Both the position numbers and the translations under genes were made by a program. Positions 1 to 10,157 of a DNA stretch of 64,000 nucleotides are shown here, piece after piece. The DNA is taken from the NCBI GenBank assembly GCA_030704615.1, contig CM060732.1, forward strand, positions 36,580,001 through 36,644,000. Reading direction: 5' to 3'. Numbering within the stretch: position 1 is the first letter of the stretch; each line of letters starts with the position of its first letter. Below the pieces are notes generated by a model. That model was not told the origin of the DNA, searched no databases, and saw nothing but the letters and a program-made list of their open reading frames with translations. This DNA comes from Takakia lepidozioides. Taxonomy: Eukaryota > Plantae > Bryophyta.

Positions 1-620
1 GAGATGGTGCGGGGTTTTGCGCCACTTGCAGCTTCATCAAGCTGTATCTCCAGCATACATCTTGGAGAATGTGCCACTGATGGGCGATTCTCGGGCCAGG
101 GTGATGGCCAGTGTGCATCAAGTCCGGTCGTGGCTTGGTCAGCAGTGTTGCTAGATGCAGCTACAGTGGGGTCACGGGCTCATCGTCCACGGCTATGGTG
201 GACTAACTTGATGCCACCGCACTGCTCAAGCGTGCATTTGATGGGGTGTGGCAGCGGCCAACACTCACAGTGGATAACATTCTGGACACAGGGAGGCAGT
301 CTCAGCGTGTGAGACACGATGACCGTTCGCCTTTGGCAGTGGTCAACAAGGTGGGTCAACCACGAGCAGCATTACCTACACTGCTCAGCTTCCCAGGATC
401 GCATCTGATTCCGGGATAGTGGACCTGGCCTCCTGTGGGATGCTCAGTTGCAGCAGTTAGTGGAGCCTAATGCTGACGAGCGTGAGCGGGCAATGGGTTT
501 ACCACTGGTACCACGGCGGTGTCGTCTCTTTCTGAGGCATCACGTCGTCAAGTGTTGGGGCAAGCAATGGATCTCAATTGCTTGACCTGGATTATCAGCT
601 TGGCTCTGGCTGAGCAACGC
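1..620 (+). pseudogene. C-terminal part of a DNMT3-like C5 cytosine methyltransferase catalytic domain (motifs VI, VIII, IX, X), frameshifted, inside the retroelement
   Basis: Manual translation across several 1-nt indels: EMVRVLRHL...PAYILENVP (ENV at 65-73) ...VLLDAATVGSRAHRPRLWWTNL (148-210) ...EPNADERERAMGFTTGTTAVSSLSEASRRQVLGQAMDLNCLTWII (~463-596). This is colinear with DNMT3A FENV / IDAKEVSAAHRARYFWGNL / EMERVFGFP..TDVSNMSRLARQRLLGRSW (from memory). Motifs I-V lie upstream of the window. Confidence 0.85.
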
Positions 621-1067
621 AGAGTGCGGAGTACACTTCCCTCAATGGTCTCTCTGCCTACCGAGACGGTACAGGCAGTGAGGGGGGGCGAGCATGTGAG
701 GACCACGGGGTGCATGCATCCATGGCACACGTGGGAGGTGCTCGAGGTTCAGAGGGAGTTGGCAGCCAAGGCGGCTGTGATGTGATGGATGAGGTTGGGG
801 ATTCTTCTCGGGTTGAGGAGGTCCTCAAGGATGAGATGATGGGGCAGGAGATGAGCCTTGTCATTGACTGAGCAGGCAGGGAGTACTGCTCAAGAGGTTG
901 CAGCATAGCAACCACTGGACGCGTCCTCTACCTCTAAGCCCACTGGACTTAAGGTTGCAGTTACGGAGGACAATTGGGAGCCTGACATTGGACCCATTGT
1001 CACCGGAGGAGAGAGACGACGTATACGGCGGTTCCTGAGGGCTTACAGGAATTGCTTTGCCTTCAGT

Positions 1068-2123
1068 TTGAAGGACTTGGGAGCACTGAAGGGTCAAGAG
1101 ATCCGTATTGAGTTGGCCACTGACACGCCAATCTTTCGGAGACCCTATAGATACAGTGACATGGAGAGGTCTTTGATTCAGATGAGGACTCAAGATCTCT
1201 GGGAGGCAGGTTTGGTGGAGCTCTCTGGTGGAGAGTATGCTTCAGCCACAGTGATGCCAGCCAAGAAGGATGTCTATGGCAATTGGACGGAGAGACGTAT
1301 GTGCGGTGATTACCGGCCTGTAAATCGTCAGACCAAGTCCGATAAGTATGCCATGCCAACACCAGAGGAGATCTTTGATGCCATCGGGCATGCTAAGGCC
1401 TTTAGCACTTTGGATTTACGATCCGGATATCACCAGTTGCCAATCAAGGAGGCGGACAAGCAGAAGACGGCATTCTGGGAGATCAATGAGCACGGCAAGG
1501 ATTGCCTATATCAGTGGCGGTTCTTACCATTTGGGCTTAAGAATGCTCCTGCAGAGTTTCAGAGAGTCATGGATAGGATTCTAGCAGGGGTGGACTTTGC
1601 TCGGTGCTACATAGATGACATCATCATCTTTAGTGTTACGATGGAGGAGCATGAGAGACCTTCAGGTGGTATTGGAGCGCTTGAGAGAGCGCACGGATTG
1701 AAGTTGCATCCGGGGAAGTGCAAGTTTTTCCACAACCAGATTGAGTATCTGGGTCACATGATATATCCTGGAGGATTGGGGGTACAGCAGACTAAGGTAG
1801 AGGCCATTGCACAAATTCCACGCCCCACGGATGTGAGCCGAGTTCGAGCTTTCATGGGGTTGACAAACTATTATAGACGGTTTGTCAAGGGATTTAGTAC
1901 CATTGCAAAGGCTCTAACCAAGCTGACCAAGGTGGACCAGGAGTGGCAGTGGGAAGATGAGCAGGAACGAGCTTTTCAAGAGCTCAAGGCGAGGTTGACC
2001 TCGGCGCCTATCTTGAGACGACCTATCAGGGGGCGTCCCTTTCAGCTGCATACGGATTGGAGCATGCTGGGGCTTGGAGCGGTGCTCACACATGTGGATG
2101 ATGGGGAGAGAGAGAGTTCGTAG
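1068..2123 (+). CDS. pol: Gypsy pol: reverse transcriptase and start of RNase H (frameshift-disrupted)
   Basis: ORF 1068-2123 with canonical RT motifs including YIDD. A short out-of-frame stretch near 1660-1690 and a frameshift near 2115 disrupt it. Confidence 0.93.
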   Translation: MKDLGALKGQEIRIELATDTPIFRRPYRYSDMERSLIQMRTQDLWEAGLVELSGGEYASATVMPAKKDVYGNWTERRMCGDYRPVNRQTKSDKYAMPTPEEIFDAIGHAKAFSTLDLRSGYHQLPIKEADKQKTAFWEINEHGKDCLYQWRFLPFGLKNAPAEFQRVMDRILAGVDFARCYIDDIIIFSVTMEEHERPSGGIGALERAHGLKLHPGKCKFFHNQIEYLGHMIYPGGLGVQQTKVEAIAQIPRPTDVSRVRAFMGLTNYYRRFVKGFSTIAKALTKLTKVDQEWQWEDEQERAFQELKARLTSAPILRRPIRGRPFQLHTDWSMLGLGAVLTHVDDGERESS

Positions 2124-4046
2124 TGGCTTACGCTAGCCGCTCGAACAACGCTGCAGAGGCTAAGTACAGCTCATATGAGGGAGAGTGCTTAGCTGCAGTG
2201 TGGGCCGTGGCACACTTCAGGTGCTATCTATACGACAATCTTTTCACCCTTGTCACGGATCACCAGCCACTCAAGTCGTTGATGGAGTCAGACAAGCTTA
2301 CGGGGAAGCTTGCACGGTGGGCACTTATACTCCAGGAGTATGACTTTCAGGTTGTGCATCGACCGGGTTTGGTCAATCGGGATGCGGATGGATTGAGTCG
2401 CAATCCATGCATGAGCCAGCAGGATGACACTGGAGCTCGGTGGCATGGTGAGACGGACGAGGAGATGGTGTCGGGATGGCACGCATCTGCATTTTTGTGT
2501 ATCTTGGCATCGGGAGGTCAGATTGGACCTACAACAGGGATGACTGTAGACGGAGTGTCTGAGGACCCTGAGGCTAGTGATGAGCTAGGTGGTGCCAGAG
2601 ATATACATGAGGATTCGGCTGTGTTGGACTACCTCCGCACGGGAGACACGGCAGCCATTGTGACTGCCAGGGAGAGGGATCGGATCCTGCAACGAGCCAA
2701 GAGGTTCAAGTGGGAGGGGATACACCTACTTCGAGTGTGGGAGGATGGTCGGGTGAGGATTGTGCCTCACCCCACACAGCGTGCACGGTTAGTGCGGCAT
2801 GCCCATGAGGAGTTGGGGCATTTTGGAGTGCGACGCACTCACAGTTTACTGCAGGGGCAGTATTGGTGGCGTGGTATGCATACAGAGGTGCAACAGTTCA
2901 TGGCTAGGTGCATGGTGTGTGACAGGGTGCGTGCTTCATTCAACGCCCCTACACCACAGTTGCATCCTTTACCAATCATGGGATTGGGCTACAGGTGGAG
3001 TCTTGACTTCGCAGGACCGTTGCCACTGACTATGCGCCACCACAGATATGTGTTGGTGATGGTGGAGCACTTCTCCAAGTGGATTGAGTTGGTTCCATTG
3101 CCTGACAAGGCTAGTGAGGGGGCTGCGTATGCATTCTTGGATCGTGTGCTTAGCCGATTTGGTGCTCCAGCTGAGGTACTCACGGACCAAGGGAGAGAGT
3201 TTTTGGGGGAGTTTCAGGCTTTGTGTGATAAAGCCTTGATAGACCACCGCACCACTTCTCGGGATCATCCTGAGGCCGATGGCTTAGCAGAGAGAGTTGT
3301 TCAGACGGTGAAGAGGGGTTTGCGCAAGTATGGCTTGCAGAAGGGACACCTAGGAGATTGGGATCTTCAGGTTTCTTGGTTAGCCATGGGCTACAGGTTC
3401 AGCAAACAAGCATCACTTGCCTCCTTCTCACCATATTTCCTTCTCTTTGGCCGAGAGCCGGATTTGCCTGCAGCCATTCGTAGGGACACTGCTCAAGTCC
3501 TTAACCTTGACGATCCGGACGTGTGGGTACGTGCATGTGATCAGCGTGCAGAGTTGTTCAAGAAAGTCATGCCCATGGCTTTTGAGAACCTTGCCATTGC
3601 ACAGCACCGTGATACGTTGAAGTATGCCACTATACGTGGTGGAGGATATCGTCCTGGGGTTCGGAGGTTTAGCCCTGGTGACTATGTTTATTTGCAGCAG
3701 ACTGCTCCTACGACTCTGGATATTACTGCAGGGCGTGTTATTCTGAGGGTTCGAGAGGTGTTGCCCTCAGGGGTCCTGATCTTAGAGGGTCGGGATGGCA
3801 TGACTTGGAAAGACCATGTGCGTAATTGTGCGCCATGTCACCTTCCCAATGTCGATGGCAGAGTTGACCCAAACTTGGCAGTGGTACCTGCAGGTTTGAG
3901 GTGCATGCTCTGTGGGTCTGCCAAAGGGGCAGCCACCATGCTGTGTGTGTGATCGATGCTCAAGGGGTTGGCATATGGGATGCTTGACACCACCTCTTGA
4001 GAAGGTTCCTGACGGAGATTGGTTGTGTCCACACTGCTTGGGATAG
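2123..4046 (+). CDS. pol: Gypsy pol: RNase H, integrase (HHCC, DDE) and C-terminal PHD finger (frameshift near 3945; stop 4044-4046)
   Basis: HAHEELGH...CMVC; WSLDFAGP, VLTDQG, GLAERVV. The C-terminus reads CMLC..[33 protein letters not shown], a C4HC3 PHD at 3902-4037. Confidence 0.92.
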
Positions 4047-4305
4047 TGGCAGTGGACATGACTGGAGGCAGCTAACAAGACATGGGAGGCCAAGCTCATA
4101 GGAGTCAATACATGAGATCCCAAGCTCAAGTTTCAGGTTGCAAGACGGCGACTAACGATGGGGCAACTCTTGCACCCGGCCTCTTGATCTATCGAGTTTG
4201 AATGTAGTAGGGATAGTGGTGGAGGACTTAGTGAGGCTATGGTCACTATCAGATCTTGTGGCTACATGGACTTAGAGGGACCTAAGCACCAGCTAGGGGG
4301 GCGAT

Positions 4306-5017
4306 TGTGTGGACTAGTGACTGCCATAGTGGGCTGCATAGTGGCAGCCTAGTGACTGACTAGTTGTAGCCTAGTGGTTGGACTAGTGGCGGCACTAGTG
4401 ATGAACTAGTGATATACTAGTGTGTGGTGTGCACATGTGTTGTGTGGTTTGGACAGCGATGTAGTTGTGTAGCGATATGTATGCGCACGACAGCTGTCAA
4501 GTTATTTTACCACTAGTGTGAAACTAGCTAGGAAATAGCTAGCTTTTACATATTGACATTTGGGATTGGCCCAAGTGTCAATCCAGGGGTCAAGGCAGAT
4601 TTAGGCCGTGGAGTGGTTATCTTCACGGCAAGCGCGGAAGGCTCATCTTTCTCGAGTTGAGCCTCACCGCGCCTAGCTATGGCGCCGTAGTGTGGATTCC
4701 CCATGGCATGGGGTGCACTTGGCTTGACTTGTATTTGAGTGATGAGGTTATATATGCATGAGTTTATGCTTCAGCTTTGTGAGCTCTCATGAGCTTGTGC
4801 TTGTATGTCGCTCTGCTCATCTTTATCATTGTGTGGACTAGTTATTGCCATAGTGGGCAGCATAGTGGCAGCCTAGTGACTGACTAGTTGTAGCCTAGTG
4901 GTTGGACTAGTGGTTGGACTAGTGGTGGACTAGTGGTATACTAGTGTGTGGTGTGCACATGTGTTGTGTGGTTTTGGACAGCGATGTAGTTGTGTAGCGA
5001 TATGTATGCGCACGACA
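4306..5017 (+). repeat. Putative 3' LTR of the DNMT-Gypsy element, with ~187-bp direct repeats at both ends (4306-4492 and 4830-5017)
   Basis: Starts TGTGTGG just after the PPT and ends CACGACA. Two near-identical blocks are rich in ACTAGT motifs, with TATATATG near 4749 between them. The 5' LTR and TSD are outside the window. Confidence 0.7.
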
Positions 5018-5094
5018 GGCGAATAAGCCTTTTGTTGTACCACACATTGGAAAGAATAACATTAAAAAACTAAGCTAAAGGGCGGGGGCTTACT

Positions 5095-6160
5095 ACAAGA
5101 TGAGAGGGGCTGGTTGACGTGCTTTTTTACTTGCACTGGACCTCCTTCTTGTGTGTGATCTGCATTAGCAACGGCTAATCAGCCCTTGCTATACCAATTT
5201 TATGGAAAAAAAAATAATGAAAGGGGATGCTTACATGTGCGGTGCAAGAGCGGCTGGTTGGCCAGCCTTCCTACTTGCCCTCCTTTCCCTCCCATGCACG
5301 ATCAGCCGTAGCACAAGAGCAATGGGCTAATCAGCCCCTCTTTTAACAAAAATTTAAACAACTAAAAAAATAAAGCTCAATGAAAGGGAGTTACAAGCGG
5401 GTAATGGGGGCTGGTTGGTAGGTCCCTCCCTGCTTTGGGCTCCCTCCCTCTCATGCAGAATCTGCCATAACAGAAGCCAAAGGGGCTATCTTATCAACCC
5501 CCAATTGTATCAAGAATTAAAAAAATTTAAAGAAAGGGAAGATACTTACCAGTGGGTATTGTGGGCTGGTTGGCGGGGCCCTCCTTGCTTGTGCTCCCTC
5601 CAATGTAAAATCTACCATAGTGGAGCAAGGGGCTATCAGCCCCTTGGTATATCATCAAAGAAAACAGGAAAAAAAAAAAGAAAAAAAGAAAAAAAAAGAA
5701 TGATGATCAATGATTACCATGGACCAAGGGGGCTGGATGCAGGTGGGGCCCTCCTTACTCGTCCTCCCTACACCACATGCCATAGCACAAAAGGAGGAGG
5801 CTGATTAGCTTCATGGTGAACTAAAGCTAAAAACAGTAAAATAACCAAAAGTGGTGAATGCTTACCAACAAGGGGCTGGTTGATGACGGGGCTGGTTGCG
5901 CGGGCCCTCCTGCTCGCACTTCCTCCCTCCAATGCGCCACTTACCACAATACAAGAGCATGGGGCCATTAGCTCCGCTGAACCAAAAAATTATAAAAAGA
6001 CGAGAACATGTGGATGTTCACCGACAACAAGCGACGGCTGGTTGGCGGGGCCCTCCTGCTCACACTCCCTCCCTTTGTGTCCACCACCTGCCATAGCAGC
6101 AGAAGAGAGATCAGCCCCCTCTTGTGCGATAAACTGAGAAGAAAAGAAACAAACAACACA
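5095..6160. repeat. Degenerate tandem array of ~7 units (~155 bp), probably the subterminal repeats of a DNA transposon
   Basis: Recurring GGGGCTGGTTGG..GGGCCCTCCTGCT..CCATAGCA..TCAGCCCCT..poly-A, starting near 5105, 5250, 5406, 5563, 5728, 5871 and 6035. Confidence 0.65.
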
Positions 6161-6871
6161 TTAAATCAATCAACCTAAGAGGGAAAGAGAAGGGAGATGG
6201 AGATGAAATGAGAGCGAGAGAGAAATCAAACAAATAAAGTAGGAGATGGAGACACGGAACACAAACCTTACCTGGATTGGAGTAGCGAGCAAGATGTATG
6301 CGAGAGAGAGTGAGCTGGATGAGTTGTAGAGAAATTTCTGCAAGAGTTCGCAATACCAACCCCCTACCATTGTTGAGGTGGTGGAATGCAAACTTAGGCG
6401 GGTCTGGGTTTGTGGTATATGGTGGGGAATGTGACGAGATAATTTTTTGGCAACCTAAATTAATCGATGCTCTAAATATTAATGCATTTATTAATAATGT
6501 TAATACCTAATAAAGGTGATACCAGACCCTAGCATATATTGGGCTGGTATCACAAAAAATTAAAAAAAATTAAAACAAAAATGCATAACATACCAGTCAA
6601 AATATATGTTAAAATGAAGGGTATATCTAATCAGGGTATATAAGGGCCTTTATGTGCCTTCATAGCCTTTATGTGGTAGGTCTTTTCTCTTTTTGTTGTG
6701 TTGTTAGGGAGCCTTGAGCTATAAGAAAGCTCCAAATCACAGCTAAAACAAATGTTACATATATGTCATTCCTTAAATGTCATATAACCCAAACAATACC
6801 TCTTTAGATCTCGCATATATATATACATAAAAGGAAACCTGACAACCCACAATGTAGGTCCTTGAGGGGTC

Positions 6872-7103
6872 TTTACTTATTTATTTTAGTAAGGAAATAT
6901 GGGAGCGACAGCCCACAATTGAGGCCCTTGAGGAGGGGGGGAAGATTAACCTCCTTTCATTTACGGGCCATGAGACCTACGGGACGATCAACGCCCAGAC
7001 ATACCATCACACGATAACCCACACACGGGGCAGGGCAGCGGGTTCGAACCCCGAACCACCTCAGTGACACACACTGTGCACTTACCAGCTGAGCTACCAG
7101 CCG
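6872..7103 (-). mobile_element. tRNA-derived SINE
   Basis: The minus strand reads GGCTGGTAGCTCAGCTGGTAAG (A box) ... GGGGTTCGAACCC (B box), then a non-tRNA body and an A-rich tail (TAAAATAAATAAGTAAA). There is no intact acceptor stem. Confidence 0.7.
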
Positions 7104-9949
7104 ATGTGCTTTTTTTTAAATCTCAAACCTCCTCCATCTTGCATTGGAAATTAACACCAAAATATTATGCAATATCTTATCAATTTTCTCTTTTACCATA
7201 GATTGTTTTTTTTGTGTTTTGTACATATTGAAGAACATCATATATTCCTTAAAACCATTAAATTATATATAAATGGAAATACTATCCATACCCGGAAACT
7301 ATTCATACCCTCAGGGTATATTTTGGCATATATATCCATACTAGGGGTTATATAGAAATCTGAAAAGTTAATTTACCCATACCCGGAGGGTAAATAATTT
7401 CTTGAGATTTCAATTTATCCATACCCGGAGGGTAAATGATTTGACAAAAATAACTTACTTATACCCTAAGGGTATATTGAAATCAATATACCCGCACAAC
7501 ACTTGTCTTGACCCTAAGGGCCCACATGGAATCCATGCAAGGAATGTTAGGGAAGGTTCTAGAATGGAGGAGGTTCTAGAGATATGCCAAGGTCATTATA
7601 GTCAATATGTGCCCTCAATCATTCCAAAAAGAAATTAAGAAGATTAGGAGGATCATGTGCTTCTTTTACGGCATTACGTTTCTCATGTTCCTACTCCTCT
7701 TGTTGTTCCTCTTATCACTCTTCCACTCTTACAAATACCACTTTGAACTCCTCTCCTTTTCCCAGCATCTAGGTCTCGGGGTGATTCCTCCCTTGTAAGC
7801 ATTCACGGCCTCCAGTGTAGTTATTTTTTCCACCTAATTCAATGTAATCTGGGACTTTGCTCCTTTCAAAAATAATAATAATAATAAGTAAAGAAAATTG
7901 GACGTGCAACAAGCTCTTTGAACAAAAGTGGCTATAGCATGTGGGCCCACATGGCTTCATGCATGCCATGTGAAAGTAGCAATTGCATGTTGGGGCCATA
8001 TGGAATGGAGGCCAATTTGACAAGAGAAGGTTTTAGATTGGATCAGGTTCTAGAACTGTGGCATGGTCATTTTAGCTAGCTATGGCCAAAGAGGGAGCTG
8101 GGGAAGAGATGGAGGGTCCGGTAGGGAGCGTAGAAGAGGTGGGATCAAGGGAGTACAAGAGGAGAGGGAGGGTCGATTAGTTGGCGGCAAGATGGGCAAG
8201 GCACCAATGGCAACGCCAAGGGCTCATCGGCATGGGATAGAGCTATGTTTTAGGTCCGGTTGTACATCACATATTTCTCTCTCGCTCTCTCTTGAAGTTG
8301 AAGTGTACAAGTGGATTGGTTTTCATTATGACCTTCTTAGCAGTATCATGTGGGCTAGTATAACAAGCGACGAGTTTTATGCCCACATATATTTTTATTA
8401 TGTCATGTTCTTTGTATTCAAGGGTGAATTTTGATCTCAAAATTACATCTCCGATGCACTATTTTGTATTCCAATACGACGCGATATGCCTCTATACCGA
8501 TTTTACATGAGATAGGAGATGTAAACCTCTATCAAGATTAAGGTTGCCCCGTTGCTTGGAAAAACTAAGAGGTACGGGTCCAAGTAGTATGTTAGGGGTT
8601 AAATTAGTACACCTATTATATCTTGCGTTGTCTAATTGTAAGTGGGCATGGGCACTCTGGCCGCACTTAGAACATGTAGGATATATACCTCCATTAAAAT
8701 TAACTCACAATAACAAACTCGTGTAATTTCATTCGAATGCACTTCCGGACTCTATATCCATGAGTTGCACCAATGTTGAAAAATAATATGAAACGATCAA
8801 GGAAATTATACTACTTCTTGCAAAATGCAAAACATCTCTCTTTTCCAGACATGTTCATATGACATATTTGCTCAAGATATGTATGCAAAACACCAATTTG
8901 CATTCTATATAAACAAGAAATCTACATACTTTGGTCTCGAATCTCGAATAATTGGTAGAAAGTTATCTTGTTCTTCTTCTCCGAGAGCCTATCATTGCCT
9001 CCACTTTCTCTTCTCTAGGTTGATTTGGGTTGTTCAATATGTGATAATGGCCTAGCAAAGGGCATTCTGTGAAATAAAAGCAAGCTAGTCGCTAGGATGG
9101 TAGCCCAATATTTCACATAGTATTGTCCTTATGAGGTCATTATCCTGCTTAATCCCTAAATGACGACACAACCCGTCATTTTTCATCCACCACGTGTCTT
9201 CCGTGGATGAAACTTGAATGAAAGTGTGCCCTCAACAACAAAGGCCCCCCCCCCCTTTTGTCCTCTACACGCTCCAACATGAAAACAAGCCTTGCAAACC
9301 TCTACTACGGTTGCATTTCTATCAGGAGCACCTCATATCATAACGGATGAGGATGAATTCAGCGCAATCGGCTCCGATGAGGAGTTTGAAGACTTGAGTG
9401 ACAAGGATTTGTGATCAGATGAGGAACTTCTCCTAAAGCCACATGCTCACCGGGTACTGGCAACAACTACCGCGCCTCGGAGGGAGGTTATGCGAAGGAA
9501 GGTAGGACTAGAGGACGCGGTCAAGTCCCTAGGTCCGGGATTAGACAAATGTGAGTCTAATGCAGACTAATCCCGCCATTCTCCTCCTGAGGAATTACCT
9601 CCTGCTCCTGCAGACCCATCTGTTCAGTATAGAAAAGAGCTCGGTGATTAACTTGAACTCGGGGAAGGTTGAACGGTCACTATGGAGTGCACCATCACCT
9701 CCTTGCCATGGTTTTCTCCAAACTCACAACCAGACATTAAAATCGTAGAGGAGGCCGACCTAGAAAGGGATGTCATATTGAAGCATAGCCCCCCTACATC
9801 CATATTTGCAGCAGGGTTCAAATGGATCTCAGTTTGAAGCCGGATCAACCTTTACATCAGAACCAACAACTCAATTGGTCGACAGGACGGTAGGAAGAAA
9901 ACAGCCAAAGCTATGTGATGCATGCGCAAAAAAGGGCCGCACATGGTGA

Positions 9950-10072
9950 TATAGGAAATTTATAGACAAGTATGCGTACCTCTGACGCTATTATTAAAAA
10001 AGAACCAAGTGTTTTCCTAGGATGCAGGGTGTCAAGAGTCCTTTGAGACACTTAACAGAGCCTTATTGACCT
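9950..10072 (+). mobile_element. Highly degraded Gypsy pol remnant (RT-RNase H connection region)
   Basis: Translates as [30 protein letters not shown], a typical Gypsy tether motif. Confidence 0.55.
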
Positions 10073-10076
10073 CGGA

Positions 10077-10157
10077 AATCCCAATGCACAAACGATTGAT
10101 GCCTTGATGCAACTGGATTTGCTTGCTGGTGTTGATGTTGAGGTGAAGCTGTCATAA
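10077..10157 (+). pseudogene. rps10: C-terminal fragment of the nuclear-encoded plastid ribosomal protein S10 (uS10c)
   Basis: [26 protein letters not shown] matches the conserved uS10 C-terminus T(I/V)[15 protein letters not shown](V/I)KL. No upstream exon is present; the fragment abuts the Gypsy remnant. Confidence 0.75.

Larger units (their letters stand above)
1..5017 (+). mobile_element. Ty3/Gypsy LTR retrotransposon (5' part outside window) with domain order DNMT - RT - RNase H - integrase - PHD finger, then PPT and 3' LTR
   Basis: RT-RH-INT order is Gypsy type. RT motifs [35 protein letters not shown]; RH motifs TDWS, EGECLA, VTDH; INT HHCC and D-D-E motifs. Purine tract ~4294-4305 is followed by a TG...CA-bounded terminal region 4306-5017. 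Confidence 0.93.

Noticed and set aside
1-620. Methyltransferase as a host DRM/DNMT3 gene adjacent to the TE
   Set aside because: It is intronless while every host gene here has introns, it runs straight into pol with no LTR between, and its motif order is not DRM-permuted. Not fully excluded because the 5' LTR is outside the window.
7030-7103. Possible tRNA gene on the minus strand
   Set aside because: Acceptor and anticodon stems do not pair properly, and it continues into a SINE-like body and tail.
7280-8500. ATACCC..GGGTAT palindromes followed by an LTR-like segment
   Set aside because: Probably TE debris, but no paired termini or TSD could be found.
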